Source: an uncultured virus (IMG/VR IMGVR_UViG_2061766007_000883) (taxonomy: Duplodnaviria > Heunggongvirae > Uroviricota > Caudoviricetes). From it: a stretch of DNA of 64,000 bases. Position 1 is the first letter of the stretch. Each line of letters begins with the position of its first letter. Shown here in pieces: positions 37,950 to 49,003 of this stretch. The stretch is taken from IMG/VR virus record IMGVR_UViG_2061766007_000883; one strand, written 5' to 3'. The translations under genes and the position numbers were made by a program. Below the pieces are notes generated by a model. The model saw only the letters and a program-made list of their open reading frames with translations, did no database searches and was not told the DNA's origin.

Positions 37950-40900
37950 ATGAGATTACTACGCAAGGTCAGCGTGTCGATGAAGCACTGCGTGGGCGAC
38001 GTGGCCGTCGTCGAGTGGAGCGCCACTGACCCGTTCCCGGCACTTGGGCCGGTAGTCGGAATCGACACAGAAACCGAACCCATCACGGAGACCGTGCTCG
38101 ACCCGCCCGTGGTGGTGCTTGGATGCTTCGACCCGTCCAGCATGACATGCTATGTCGTGTACTGGTACGACATCGTGGCGTTCATGCGTCAGCTCAACAT
38201 ACGCGACATCCAGCAACGGTACTTCAACCTCGGCTTTGACGAAGCCGTCATGGACAACGAGGATGAGGACAAGACGCTGCTGGACGCCATCGACGCCGGC
38301 CGCGTCCGCGACATGCAGATACGAACGCATCTGCATGAAGTGGCCACGACAGGGTTCATCCGCAAGAGCCTGTTCAACTTGGCAGGCTGTTCTCTGCAGT
38401 TCCTGAACGTCACGCTGGACAAAGGCGACGGTACGGAGCAGTCCGCCCGTCTGTCCTTCCGCCGGTATGACAGCGACGGGAATATCAAGAAGATTACACC
38501 TGAGCAGGAGGAGTATCTTCCGCTGGACTGCATCACGACCTGGGCGCTTGGGGAGGAAATCCCGGAAGCGCCCATCGACCCGCACACGGGACGTTCCATC
38601 GAGATCGTCCATACGCAGGGCATGGTTGCGCTGGCCCATATCAGCATTAACGGGCTGAATGTGGACAAGCGCATATTCAACGCCCTTGAGACAAAGCTCC
38701 TGACCAACCGCGACAAATACCGCGAGGAGCTTCTTGGGTTCGGCTTCCCCGACCCGTACAAGAAGGACAAGGACGAGGCGAAGGAAGTCCGTCTTGCATT
38801 CTACAAGGCGTGCTCCGACCTGTACTCCAGGGCGGGCATGACACCCGCGTTCCAGCTGGACGAGGACGGCGACGTCAGTCTTCCGGCAAAGACAAGCCTG
38901 AGGCTGGCGGTCTGCTACATGTACAACCATTCGGATGCCCCGGATGAAGTCATGCAGTGCATCGCCAATGTGGCCGTGTCGCTGGAGTCAGACCGCAAGT
39001 CATTGCGCAAGGCCGAGAAGGACATGTACCTCAAGCTGTGTGACGAGAACGGACTGGTCGCCATAGACGCGGCAAAGCGTTCCATCGCGATGGAGGCGTT
39101 CGTCGGCAAGATGCTTGAGAACTACGTCGAGCAGTTCGACAGCGGAAAAGCGCAGACGAACGGGTTCGACTTCGCGGCGGCCGTCGAGGCCGCAGGGGAG
39201 TACGTTGACGAACATCCTGACTGGCTGTCGCCTGTGGAGAAAATCGGGCCGAAGAAATTCTTCCAGACGCATGTCAAGAAGATGCTAGACGACTACAACG
39301 CATGGCGCGACGCCAAGCCGCCGATTGAGCGCGACAAGACGCCGAAGCTGGTGCTCAAGACAACGGACAAGAGCAAGGAAATAAAGCTGACGTTGAAGGA
39401 CATGTGGCGGCTTGAGGACTGCGGGATTTCGGACCCGTTCCTCACGAGCTACACCAACTTCAACCACTGCACTAAGATGCTGTCCACCTACTTGGCAAGG
39501 AAATATGTCAAGGCTGACAGCAAAGTTCATCCGAGGTTCACGAGCGTGAAGAGGACGGGGCGCACAAGCTGTGCTTCGCCGAACATTCAAAATCTCCCGT
39601 CCCGTGACAAAGTGTATCCAATGAAGAACATCTACTGTCCGCCGGAGGGTGCAATCCTCTGCGCGACAGACTTCTCGTTCATCGAGCTGGTGGCCCTGGC
39701 CGAGAGCTGCATCCAGCGGTTTGGCCATAGCGTGCTCGGTGACGTCATCAACGCCCAGGTGGACCCTCACAGGTGGTTCGCCGGCGTACGTAAGAAGCTG
39801 ATTACAAACGAGACCAGCTTCCTGAAAGACCCCGAGAAAGCGGCGGAACTGGAGGCGTTCCTTGAACAGAACGTCACCAAGAAGGAAAGGCAAGATGCAA
39901 AGCCTGCCAATTTCGGTAAACCCTTTATAATGAGCTAGTTATGTAATAGAGGTAAACATGTCGAAGCATGAATACATATGCGTGGAATGTGGTATTAAGT
40001 TCGAGGCATCACAGCCAGCTAAATATTGTTCAGGTGCATGTAAAGCCAAGCATCTAAATAGAGCTAAGGCCATGTTCCAGTGTGTTGTATGTGGTCGCAT
40101 GTTTGAAGGTACTAGGAATCAGAAACCAAGATTTTGTTCTGCTCAATGTGCAGCTACATGCAGAAAAGAGATACTGGCTAATCCGGATAGCCCGCTGGCC
40201 AAATACATGACGGTACATCCACATAAGGTTATTGAGTATGACCGTGTATGCAGTAACTGCGGTGCACATTTCAAGACTACATGTTCAACTACTACGAACA
40301 GGCAATGTCCAGAGTGTGCGGCAACGTATGGAAAGCGTTGGTATGCCAAAAACAAAGCGTGGAACAGCGCAGCTATGCATGCATCTGAAAGCGAGTTAGA
40401 TAAGATGCTCGCTGAACAGGGAATAGATACCGTAGTTGTCGGTTCTGCGAGAGAAGCTGTATCAGAGGCCCAAAATGCAAAGCCGTTAAATCAAACGCGG
40501 GAAGAGACGAATGCTCGTAGACGGCGTGTATATGCCAAGAAACGGGCATTGGGGCTCATAGTGTCCAGGGACAAGCGTCGCTGGGAAGCCCGTGCACAGC
40601 TTTTGGATAAGTTTGGTCATAAATGTGCTTTATGTGGTTATAGTTTATTCGATGAAGCGCTCCAATGCCATCATATAGATATGGATAGAACGCATAACGA
40701 GTTATCTAACTACATACTGTTATGTGCCAACTGCCATACGCTTTTGCATGCTAGAATAAAGGCTAACTGGGCAAAATATGGTGAAGACAAAATAACTGGA
40801 ATATTACATGAGCTAGAATTACTCACTGCCGAAGTAAAAGCAAGGAATGAAGCGGGAAAACCCGACAGGGCAACCCGAACCGAAGGCTCGGAGGAATCCG

Positions 40901-41955
40901 GGTCAGGGGCAACGCGTAGTAGCACCACGAGAACCGCGATGAGCTACCAAGAGGCCTTGCCATTCGATTGACATCGGATGAAAATGTACGCTGAGCAACA
41001 CGTATGAATAAAGGTGTTGAGCAATCGGATAAAAAGCCGGTTGGGTAACAAAACTGTTTGGAGGCGGCATGGCGGCCGCCNNNNNNNNNNNNNNNNNNNN
41101 NNNNNNNNNNNNNNNNNNNCGCCAGAAGAGGCGGCGGAAATGCGCGAGGACTGGATTAAGGCGTTCACCGAGATGGGGCAGCACATGCAGGCCACGCCCA
41201 TCAGGGAGACGACCAGCACGATGCGGTTCTTCGGCATGGACGACGATGAAGACGACGAGGACGAAGAGGAAAACAGCGACGGCAAGCCGAAGCAGTTGTA
41301 CCGGGCGGTTCTCGTCAATGGAATGGTCAGGAACAGATGCACGTATTGTTCTGCGTTGAATATTCAGTTTCAAGGCCTCGCGGCCTATGGAATGAAGATG
41401 GCGATGTGGAACATGGCCATGGCCGGGTATCTCCCGCGCATGGTCAACATGATTCATTAGCAGATAAGTGAATCTAAAAGAAAGTGAATTGCTGGGAAGC
41501 TCCACGGAGTAATCAGCAGCCGAGCCTGCGGATGGACAGACCGCCCGCCGCAGGAAGGTTCAACGACTATCCCGCAAGGGAGTAGGCCGGAAGCCCGGCC
41601 GAAGCGCTCCCGCCCAGGAATGGGCGGATGATATAGTCTGACCGTGCATGGAAAGCATGCAGCAGCCGACAGGCGGCGTCAGCGTAGCGAACTGATGTGA
41701 ACACAAGTGGATGAAGTGCTATATTATCTGTATCCTGACGAGCTCAAGACGCATATTCCCATTATTGAGAAGTGCATGATAGACGGTATGCGCGTCGCCA
41801 CCCCGCATGTGCGTGTCGGCGTCGAGTCATCCTGCATGCTCCATTGGGACAAGGGCGCCATCGAGTTCAGCAAGATGAAGTGGACGGAAGACGGTCTTCC
41901 GATCCTGGAGGAACCTCCGTACGTGGCGGAGGTATTAGCGACGGCGACGCCGTAA
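37950..41955 (+). CDS. polA: family A DNA polymerase with 3'-5' exonuclease; three exons (37950-39917, 41057-41457, 41710-41955)
   Basis: Exonuclease motifs GIDTET, FNLGFD and YLPLD; RTGRTSC..PNIQN; motif A DFSFIEL. Splicing restores motif B KPANFG|FGGGM and motif C MIH|DEVL. Confidence 0.88.
39918..41056 (+). mobile_element. group I intron 1 in polymerase motif B, carrying an HNH endonuclease gene
   Basis: 5' exon ends in U (TTCGGT), which can pair with GCCGAA at about 40828 with a U-G pair. Core-like segments at 40830-41050; intron ends in G (AAAACTG). Removal restores NFG-FGGGM. Confidence 0.8.
39958..40971 (+). CDS. intron-encoded HNH homing endonuclease with CxxC zinc-finger repeats
   Basis: CALCG...LQCHHIDMDRTHNELSNYILLCANCHTLLH; repeated CxxCG..F...YCS..C units; visibly more AT-rich than the flanks. 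Confidence 0.85.
   Translation: MSKHEYICVECGIKFEASQPAKYCSGACKAKHLNRAKAMFQCVVCGRMFEGTRNQKPRFCSAQCAATCRKEILANPDSPLAKYMTVHPHKVIEYDRVCSNCGAHFKTTCSTTTNRQCPECAATYGKRWYAKNKAWNSAAMHASESELDKMLAEQGIDTVVVGSAREAVSEAQNAKPLNQTREETNARRRRVYAKKRALGLIVSRDKRRWEARAQLLDKFGHKCALCGYSLFDEALQCHHIDMDRTHNELSNYILLCANCHTLLHARIKANWAKYGEDKITGILHELELLTAEVKARNEAGKPDRATRTEGSEESGSGATRSSTTRTAMSYQEALPFD
41458..41709 (+). mobile_element. group I intron 2 (252 nt, no ORF) in polymerase motif C
   Basis: P1 pairing GATTCAT/GTGAATC; conserved core elements AATTGCTGGGAA, AATCAGCAG, GTTCAACGACTA and GATATAGTCT; terminal G before GAT GAA (DE). Confidence 0.9.
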
Positions 41956-41976
41956 ACAAGAAAAGGAAACACAAGT

Positions 41977-43345
41977 ATGAAATCATCAATCGGAGAAACG
42001 ACATCATCCTCATCGAACGCACCTAAGGGGTTCGTTAAGAGCGAATTCCGCAAAGGGTACAAAATTGAAGCAATCCCGTATCAGACGCACGGCATCATCA
42101 GCCGTATCCTCTGGCCTTCCAAGGACCATGAAATCCGAATCATCCCAGGCTACGACCCGGCAACGGGAACCGTACTCCCTCAGAACATCAAGGTGGACCG
42201 CTACTCGCGTGAGGAAGACCCGGGCGAGTACGTGTCCGACACATTCTACCAGGCGCGGGTGGTCGACCGTTTCGGCACGCTGTCCGCGCCTTTCATCTGC
42301 GACTATGCGCCCGGTTCCCCGGACGCGCTGGCGTATGGCGGCGAGACTGTCCTGCACAATTTCATACGGGACATCATGTACAGCGTGAACGACAAAGGCA
42401 AGAGCAAGCGTGTCAAGCCCATCAACGAGTGGTACATGTGGTGCGCTCCTGGCCCTTCCGCGAAGCTCAGTTTCGACAAGACGTCCCTGCTGATGCAGGC
42501 GCTTATCTTCAAGGTCAACGGTGCGAACAACTCCGACTTCGAGACGAAGCAGCCCCTGCTGGACGAGAACGGAAACGTCCTGCCGTTGCTGGCCGTCGTG
42601 GCGATTGACAACCAGGGCTCTATCGCGAACCTGCTGCGGGCACTTGTCGAGCCGAAGGACTTCAGCAAGCCGCTTGACCCGTTCACGAACAACAACTACG
42701 GCCCGATGGCCGAGCTGGACGGAAACAAGCTGTTCCTCAACACGCACCAGGATGCGAAGAACCACGCGGAGCTGCTCCCGTCGGTGCAGGTTCGCGGAGA
42801 CGGCTGGACACCCACGCCGTTCCCCATCGAGCCTGAGTACATCCCGCTCCTGTGGCATCCGTGGGACCAGCTCCTGTGCTACATGACGGCGGAGGAACAG
42901 GTTCGTCTCTGTGCGCAGGAATTCGGTGCCGACACGGTCAACTACGTGCTCGGCAACAATCCGAAGATGTCCACCGTGCCAATCCCGGACGACATCCGCA
43001 AGGCGGGCTACGGCCGCTATGCTGTGTACGCAGGCGCAGGCGGCTCCCCGGCCGCGCCGTCCACGATTGNNNNNNNNNNNNNNNNNNNNNNNNNNNATGA
43101 CAGGCCGTGGCCTTGGTTCCGGCTTTGGTCGTCCTGCGGCCGCCGGCATGGCCCCGTATCCGCAGAATGCGCCGGGAGCCCCCATGCAGGCGCAGCCTGT
43201 CGGACAGGTTGCAACCCATGTTGACCAGACCGCCTTGCAAGCCGAAGTCGCCCGCATCCGCCAGGCGCAGGCAGGCGCTGCGGCGCAGGAGGCGGACGCC
43301 CAGGCGGCGGCCGCTGGCGCGTTGCTGGACGGGCAGGAGGGCTGA
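41977..43345 (+). CDS. hypothetical replication protein, possibly ssDNA-binding (spans N gap)
   Basis: Lies between polA and recA, has strong codon bias and a Gly/Pro/Ala/Gln-rich tail. The function is inferred. Confidence 0.45.
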
Positions 43346-43348
43346 TAG

Positions 43349-44671
43349 ATGGCCATCGACATGGATGCGTTCGTCAACGGTCTCACCAATGCCAAGACCG
43401 GCGGGATGATAATGACTATCGACGAGCTCAAGGAGAACCAGTTCGGCATACCGCTGATGCACTATGCGCAGCAGTACGTGTATGCCGCGACGGGGCTCCG
43501 CATCGGGTCGTTCATCTCGTTCCAAGGCGACAAGGGAACGAACAAGACAACGATGCTGTACGACGAACTGGCGCAGGCATGCGCTCCCGAAGCGGACGGC
43601 GGACTTGGCGGAATCTCGTTCCTGGCTGAATTGGAGACAAAAATCAGCCCGCCTATCCTGTACTCCATCTTCGCCAACTACGGAGAAGACGCGAGGAAAG
43701 CGCTGTTCGTCCTGCGCCAGGCCACCATCGAAGGCGCGCAGGAGTACATCAACAAGGCCCTAATACCGGCCTATATCGCGGCGTGTCCCGAAAGGAACAA
43801 GCCGCTCGTCATCGGACTGGACTCCATAGGAGGCTCCGCCTCACAGGACACCATCGAGAAGCTGACGGAGGACGGCTCCGCAGGAAAGGGCTTCTGGAAC
43901 AAGCAGCACTACATGAAGTATTTCTGCGAGAACCAAGGAGTCATTTTCGAGCGGGAAGCCCTACCGGTGGTCATCATCTGCGTGAACCAGGAACGCGAGG
44001 TCGTGTCGACAGGCATGCCGACGTTCGGGCCGCCGCGCAAGACCATCACAGGCGGCCGTGCGCAGATGTACCGTGACGGCTATATGCTGAGCATGACCAA
44101 GAAACCACTGGGCTCGGACGACGGCAATCTCGTTTTTATCAAGACGGCGAAGACCTCGTTCAGCGACCCTCGTGAGATTGAAGTGGAGTTCCGCTGGAAC
44201 AAGTTCGGCGTGAAGCGAGACGATGCATACGAAGCCAGGTTCCACTGGGCGCTCGCGTCGGCGCGCTGTCTTGCCGAACCGGAACGGAGCAAGGATGAAG
44301 TCAAGTCCATCATCAACGTGACGGTCAGCAAGGAGCGTCGCGTCACCTGTCCTGAACTTGGGTTGACATCCGTGTCGCCCGAAGACTTCGAGACGGAGCT
44401 CATGGCGAACGAAGATTTGCTCGACAAGCTGTATACGTGCCAGAAAATCGAACGGCTTAAAGGCACGGAGGAGTACGCCGAGTACATGGACGCCAAACGA
44501 AAGGAGGCCAACGCCCGTAAGAAGGCGGCTTCCACGAAACAATCGACGGTGCTGGTGAAGAAGCCGGCCACATCGAAGAAAAAGACAACGGCTGACGCCA
44601 AGGCGAAGCCTAAGGGCACGCCCCTCATGCAGATAAAACTGGATGAAGAAGGGGGTGACACAAATGGCTGA
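43349..44671 (+). CDS. recA: RecA/UvsX-like recombinase
   Basis: Variant Walker A GDKGTNKTT, ELETK, Walker B IGLDS, VNQ and TGGRA motifs. Confidence 0.75.
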   Translation: MAIDMDAFVNGLTNAKTGGMIMTIDELKENQFGIPLMHYAQQYVYAATGLRIGSFISFQGDKGTNKTTMLYDELAQACAPEADGGLGGISFLAELETKISPPILYSIFANYGEDARKALFVLRQATIEGAQEYINKALIPAYIAACPERNKPLVIGLDSIGGSASQDTIEKLTEDGSAGKGFWNKQHYMKYFCENQGVIFEREALPVVIICVNQEREVVSTGMPTFGPPRKTITGGRAQMYRDGYMLSMTKKPLGSDDGNLVFIKTAKTSFSDPREIEVEFRWNKFGVKRDDAYEARFHWALASARCLAEPERSKDEVKSIINVTVSKERRVTCPELGLTSVSPEDFETELMANEDLLDKLYTCQKIERLKGTEEYAEYMDAKRKEANARKKAASTKQSTVLVKKPATSKKKTTADAKAKPKGTPLMQIKLDEEGGDTNG

Positions 44672-45173
44672 CGACTTGGCCACGCGGATGCGCAAGGAGC
44701 TGAAGCAGGCCAACGAAGCCAGGAAGAGCGACGACATTGTCCAGTTCATGCGGGACAGGTGGTCGCTCTTCTGCTCTTCCAAGCGCATGATGGACAGCAT
44801 CTGTGAAGAACTTGAACAGCAAGGCGAGCTCACTCCCACGGGACTGAGCGAGGCACTGGACATAGACCATGCGGTCATGTTCAGGAAATCCAAGCTGGCG
44901 GAATCTGCGGAGGCTGTCCTGGACTATCCGAAAAGTGCCGTATGCAAGGCGTTCGAGAAAACGGTCGAGAAGCAACGGTTCCACGGCGTCGAGCAGGACT
45001 TGTGCCTGTTTGTCGTCGCAGGGGCGCGGACGATTGTTGTTACGAACATCGAGCCGAGACCGGTCGAGGGCACCTGGCATATGACATATGTGAACGCCAA
45101 AGGGCGTGATGTGTATGTATTCAAAGCCGAGCAGCTGCAAGCGCGGCTGCCGACGATATTCAGCAAGGGTTGA
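44664..45173 (+). CDS. hypothetical protein
   Basis: ORF overlapping the recA stop. Confidence 0.6.
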   Translation: MADDLATRMRKELKQANEARKSDDIVQFMRDRWSLFCSSKRMMDSICEELEQQGELTPTGLSEALDIDHAVMFRKSKLAESAEAVLDYPKSAVCKAFEKTVEKQRFHGVEQDLCLFVVAGARTIVVTNIEPRPVEGTWHMTYVNAKGRDVYVFKAEQLQARLPTIFSKG

Positions 45174-45177
45174 CAAC

Positions 45178-46161
45178 ATGGCAGAAACACAGACAGCGAA
45201 CGAAATGCTACCGGTGCTGGCGGTCGACGAAACCGAAGACTCCAGTCTTGTGCCGGTGATACAGATTCCCACGTACAAGGACACGTCCGACAAGGAAGTC
45301 CTGCATAGCGTCAAGACCATATTCAAGTCCTTCGAGCCTCCGGGCACGAAGAACGCGTCGCCGTTCCAGGACGTGGATGCCTTGGCGCAGTACACGATTG
45401 ATGTCATGGCGAACATCCGCGCCGCGCGGGAGAAGGCCGAGGGCAGCCAGATGCTTATCCGAGCCGCTACGCTGGCGCGGTTCTGGTACCTTGGCCAGAC
45501 CATCGACACGGAGCTCACCAAAGGCACGTACGGGACAAGTGCGGCGCAGAAGCTGGCAACGGCCATCAAAAAATCCGTGCCGTACCTGTATCAAATCAGG
45601 GCGGTCGCGCAAAAGCTGACAGTCACGGACTGCTACCTTCTCGGTCTGCGTGGTCTGGACACGACGCATTTGCGCAAACTGGCTCAGGTGAAGGACGATA
45701 ATCTGCGCATCAGCATTGTACACGCGTTCATCGACGCAATCGGTGACACGAGCGACGAACACAGGATTGCGCAGGCCAAGAAGCAGTTCATCGCCGCCAT
45801 CAACGGCGTATGCGGAACGACTCCGCGAGACGTCACGACATCCGACCCGGAAAACGGTGGCACGGAAGTCAAGGTGTCGCAGGAATACACGAACACGACA
45901 AAGGAAATCAACAATGTCCTGCAGCTTCTGCGCAAGCTGGGAAGCGAGGACTACGTCGAGAACCTGTGCCGCGTCATGGACGACTTTTTCATCACGGACA
46001 GTGTGCCGGATGCTGAAAAGCACCTGCAGGCCATCTGGGACAAGGTCGACGAAATCGAGAAGCTGGTGCCGACGTGCGCGGCTAATCTAAAGGACATTCT
46101 TGAGCACGCAAAAGACTTGAAGAATGTCGACGTGTCTCCGGCGAATGCGGACAATGGGTAA
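45178..46161 (+). CDS. hypothetical protein with a DUF1016 N-terminal-like helical segment
   Basis: RFWYLGQTI...TYGTSAAQKLA resembles the YW.IG...YG...LA pattern. Confidence 0.5.
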   Translation: MAETQTANEMLPVLAVDETEDSSLVPVIQIPTYKDTSDKEVLHSVKTIFKSFEPPGTKNASPFQDVDALAQYTIDVMANIRAAREKAEGSQMLIRAATLARFWYLGQTIDTELTKGTYGTSAAQKLATAIKKSVPYLYQIRAVAQKLTVTDCYLLGLRGLDTTHLRKLAQVKDDNLRISIVHAFIDAIGDTSDEHRIAQAKKQFIAAINGVCGTTPRDVTTSDPENGGTEVKVSQEYTNTTKEINNVLQLLRKLGSEDYVENLCRVMDDFFITDSVPDAEKHLQAIWDKVDEIEKLVPTCAANLKDILEHAKDLKNVDVSPANADNG

Positions 46162-46912
46162 TCCAAGAGAACCCTCTGCGGCCAAGGTGTCCGGTTGGAT
46201 GAAACAGCTCGAACCGGACATCGAGGCGTTGGCGAACGTGACCATAGGCGTGCCTGAGATGGGCAAGCTGATGGTGCGTGTGTTCACGGTCGTCCAGGCT
46301 GGCAAAGGCCTGGACGGCGTGGAGCTTCAGATGGCGTCCGCAACGCTTGGCCACCTCATGGGGCGAGCGCACACGAAGGCGATGCTGATGCGGAATGTCA
46401 CGCGGCTGGTGGCCAATTGGCATTTCATACGGTGCGGAATGGTGGTTCCCTTGTGGGACGGTCAGCCGATGACGGTATCATTGGTCGTGTTGGGAGTGAA
46501 ACGCATCCAGCAGACGGACAAAGGCAGGTCAGGCTACCTGTTGCTGGTCAAGCTAAAAACAGGTCTGGCGGCTGGCATAATAAAGTGTATGGTCCTCTCC
46601 GACAACGCAGTGGATGCGTTTGTGGACCATAAGGCAGGCGTGTCGAAGTACGAGTGTGCCAGAGAGGAAATCTCAGGCATGGAAGCAAGGGCTGTCGTGT
46701 CCTTGCGGTTCGACGACACGCTGCAGGTTCATGCATTCGACACAACGGATGCCATGAAGAAGCACAACCGGGATTTGGCCGAACGACGGTCAGACCCTGC
46801 GAAGTGCTTGTCGGGAATTCCGTGCAATACATGCACGAAAAATATTAAAGAGTGTCCTTTGGCCGTCTGGTTGCCAGAGGACACCGGGAAAAGGAGCGAA
46901 AATGGCGGATAA
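46154..46912 (+). CDS. hypothetical protein with C-terminal Cys cluster
   Basis: CLSGIPCNTC...CPLA near the C-terminus. Confidence 0.55.
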   Translation: MGNPREPSAAKVSGWMKQLEPDIEALANVTIGVPEMGKLMVRVFTVVQAGKGLDGVELQMASATLGHLMGRAHTKAMLMRNVTRLVANWHFIRCGMVVPLWDGQPMTVSLVVLGVKRIQQTDKGRSGYLLLVKLKTGLAAGIIKCMVLSDNAVDAFVDHKAGVSKYECAREEISGMEARAVVSLRFDDTLQVHAFDTTDAMKKHNRDLAERRSDPAKCLSGIPCNTCTKNIKECPLAVWLPEDTGKRSENGG

Positions 46913-47675
46913 ACCAAGACTTCATTTTTCCAGGTTACGGGGTGAAGGGGCTTTGCTCAAGTTCGACCCGCAGACCGATTTGCGTGTTCTCCTGCCTGCG
47001 GTGGGTGAATGCGTGTTCGACGCGCTGGACGATATGCTGAAAGGCGCGGACGACAACATCCTGCAGGGAGTCAAATACCTGCATGATTGTTTCCGGATCT
47101 TCCAAATCAGGATGATGGAAGACAGAATGCCAATGGCCTCCCAGGTGGAGGAGTTCTTCAAGGCAATAGTTTCGGTTCCTCCGCAGGTTCTGTACCTGTG
47201 GTATGGCATGCTCGCAAGAGCGCTTATGTGCATTTGCGGACTGTTCATGCGGCGTGACGCCGTGACGGACAGCCAGGCACTGCAAGCCATGCTTGAAAAT
47301 ACGAAACTGTCGCTTTATGAAGGCCTCCTGTCACGGGAGACCTTCGACAAGATGAAATCCGAACTGGCGGCCAATGTGTCTCTTTTAGTACAGAACAAAA
47401 CGCATCCGGGAGATGTCGTGGTATGTCGGGAGACTGGCGAAGTCATCGAGCATGTCAAGGATATCGCGTCCCGCTTCATGGGTTCCGATGACCGGACATG
47501 GGACGGCCTTGCCCGGCTATGCGACGAACAGTTCAATTCGGGCGGGCACACAAGGAATGAGCAGATAGCCCTTGCCTTGGCGTATCCCACATACGGGATA
47601 AAGAACCCGCTCACGGTAACGGTTGAAAAGGAGGTAAATGAACCTGAAACAGAAACTGGGGCGCCTGAGAGCTGA
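46902..47675 (+). CDS. hypothetical protein
   Basis: AGGAG RBS; 257 aa. Confidence 0.6.
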   Translation: MADKPRLHFSRLRGEGALLKFDPQTDLRVLLPAVGECVFDALDDMLKGADDNILQGVKYLHDCFRIFQIRMMEDRMPMASQVEEFFKAIVSVPPQVLYLWYGMLARALMCICGLFMRRDAVTDSQALQAMLENTKLSLYEGLLSRETFDKMKSELAANVSLLVQNKTHPGDVVVCRETGEVIEHVKDIASRFMGSDDRTWDGLARLCDEQFNSGGHTRNEQIALALAYPTYGIKNPLTVTVEKEVNEPETETGAPES

Positions 47676-48465
47676 GAATGGTCTGGCGCTCTATAAATGG
47701 ACTTGCGGGAAAACGCGAATCGCTGACGGATACATTCTGCTCAGCGATTTGCGGTTCAACGTTCTAGTCGGGGACAAGGGGCGTGTCACATACAGCGTGG
47801 CCGCCCCTGTTCTGTATATGGACAGGGGACTGCCTGTCATATCGTTTCGCGACCATGACGTGCTGACCATCACGGACGGACCAAGAAAAGGCATCAATGT
47901 GCTTGGCCAGTTCCTGCAGGACGGCGAGAAAGCCGTGCAGGCTAAGTTCTGCACGACACGTGAGATAACGGACGAAAAACAGCCGTCATGGCTCGAAGAC
48001 AAAATCATGTCAATGGGTGGCTCGCCCGTGTATCCTGTCAGCAAAATCGTGGTGCCTGAATTGTTCCGTATAAGTCGCAAACCGGAGACATTGCGTCTGA
48101 TATGGAGCAAGGAGCTGATAGCCGCGATAGGAGGCAAGGACAACGATACAATTACCGAGCTTCGCAGGAAATTCGTCGATAACAAGGAGGCGGTAGGAGC
48201 CAAGACGGATTCAGGATATGTGATTTCGTACGACCATGTCGCGTCAGGAGGGTGCTGTGTGGTCGCATCCCGTGGCATAACGCTGCGGTCTGGAAGCATC
48301 GTGCACATGATGCCGCTAGGGGCATTGCGTGTGGAGCTGAAGCAAAGAAGATGGATTATAAACACAGGAGAACAAGACAATGGATTGGCTGACAATGCTG
48401 ACAACCATCAGCAAGAAACCGTTGGCGGTGATGGCGACGGCCACGACGGGATTGGGGATGGATGA
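47638..48465 (+). CDS. hypothetical protein
   Basis: AAGGAGG RBS; 275 aa. Confidence 0.6.
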   Translation: MNLKQKLGRLRAENGLALYKWTCGKTRIADGYILLSDLRFNVLVGDKGRVTYSVAAPVLYMDRGLPVISFRDHDVLTITDGPRKGINVLGQFLQDGEKAVQAKFCTTREITDEKQPSWLEDKIMSMGGSPVYPVSKIVVPELFRISRKPETLRLIWSKELIAAIGGKDNDTITELRRKFVDNKEAVGAKTDSGYVISYDHVASGGCCVVASRGITLRSGSIVHMMPLGALRVELKQRRWIINTGEQDNGLADNADNHQQETVGGDGDGHDGIGDG

Positions 48466-48997
48466 CGAGACAATCGCCGTAGGATGGAGAGCTTTTGATG
48501 AGAACACGAACGACTGGGTTGTCGGAAGCGTGTATCGGGAAGTCGACAACGACAAGTTGATGGCGTCGCAGGAATACCATCAGATAACATCAGATTATCT
48601 AAGGGCGAACGCATGTGCCGACGAGCAGTTCAGGCTTGAGGTGAACGACGTGTTCGCAGGGCATGCCGTTTTCACATACAACCCGCCGTTCCAGTTGCGG
48701 TATCTTGAAAAAGTGCTTGGCGACACCGTGCCGATGCACAATCTGCCAGCGTTCCTCAAAGGGGCGAATGTGCGTCAGACTGTAGACGACATAGACACGG
48801 CTACGCTGGAGACCTTGGAAGCCTATTGTCTGCGTGTCGGTGGAAAGCCCGGCTCGCTGCAGAAGCTCACTTCTTTGTACCGTGTCGGCGGGCTTTTGCC
48901 GCCTGCGCTTCCTTTTGAGTCCGCCGTTTACCAGTTGCAGGGGCTTTTGCAATTGCTCCAGCAGATACCAATGGCGGTACAGGGCACGCTCCTCTGA
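48380..48997 (+). CDS. DnaQ/DEDDh exonuclease-fold protein, apparently catalytically inactive
   Basis: VMATATTGL aligns to ExoI xDxETTGL and FTYNPPFQLRYL to ExoII HNxxFDxxFL, with the acidic residues replaced. Confidence 0.6.
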   Translation: MDWLTMLTTISKKPLAVMATATTGLGMDDETIAVGWRAFDENTNDWVVGSVYREVDNDKLMASQEYHQITSDYLRANACADEQFRLEVNDVFAGHAVFTYNPPFQLRYLEKVLGDTVPMHNLPAFLKGANVRQTVDDIDTATLETLEAYCLRVGGKPGSLQKLTSLYRVGGLLPPALPFESAVYQLQGLLQLLQQIPMAVQGTLL

Positions 48998-49003
48998 GAG
49001 CAA

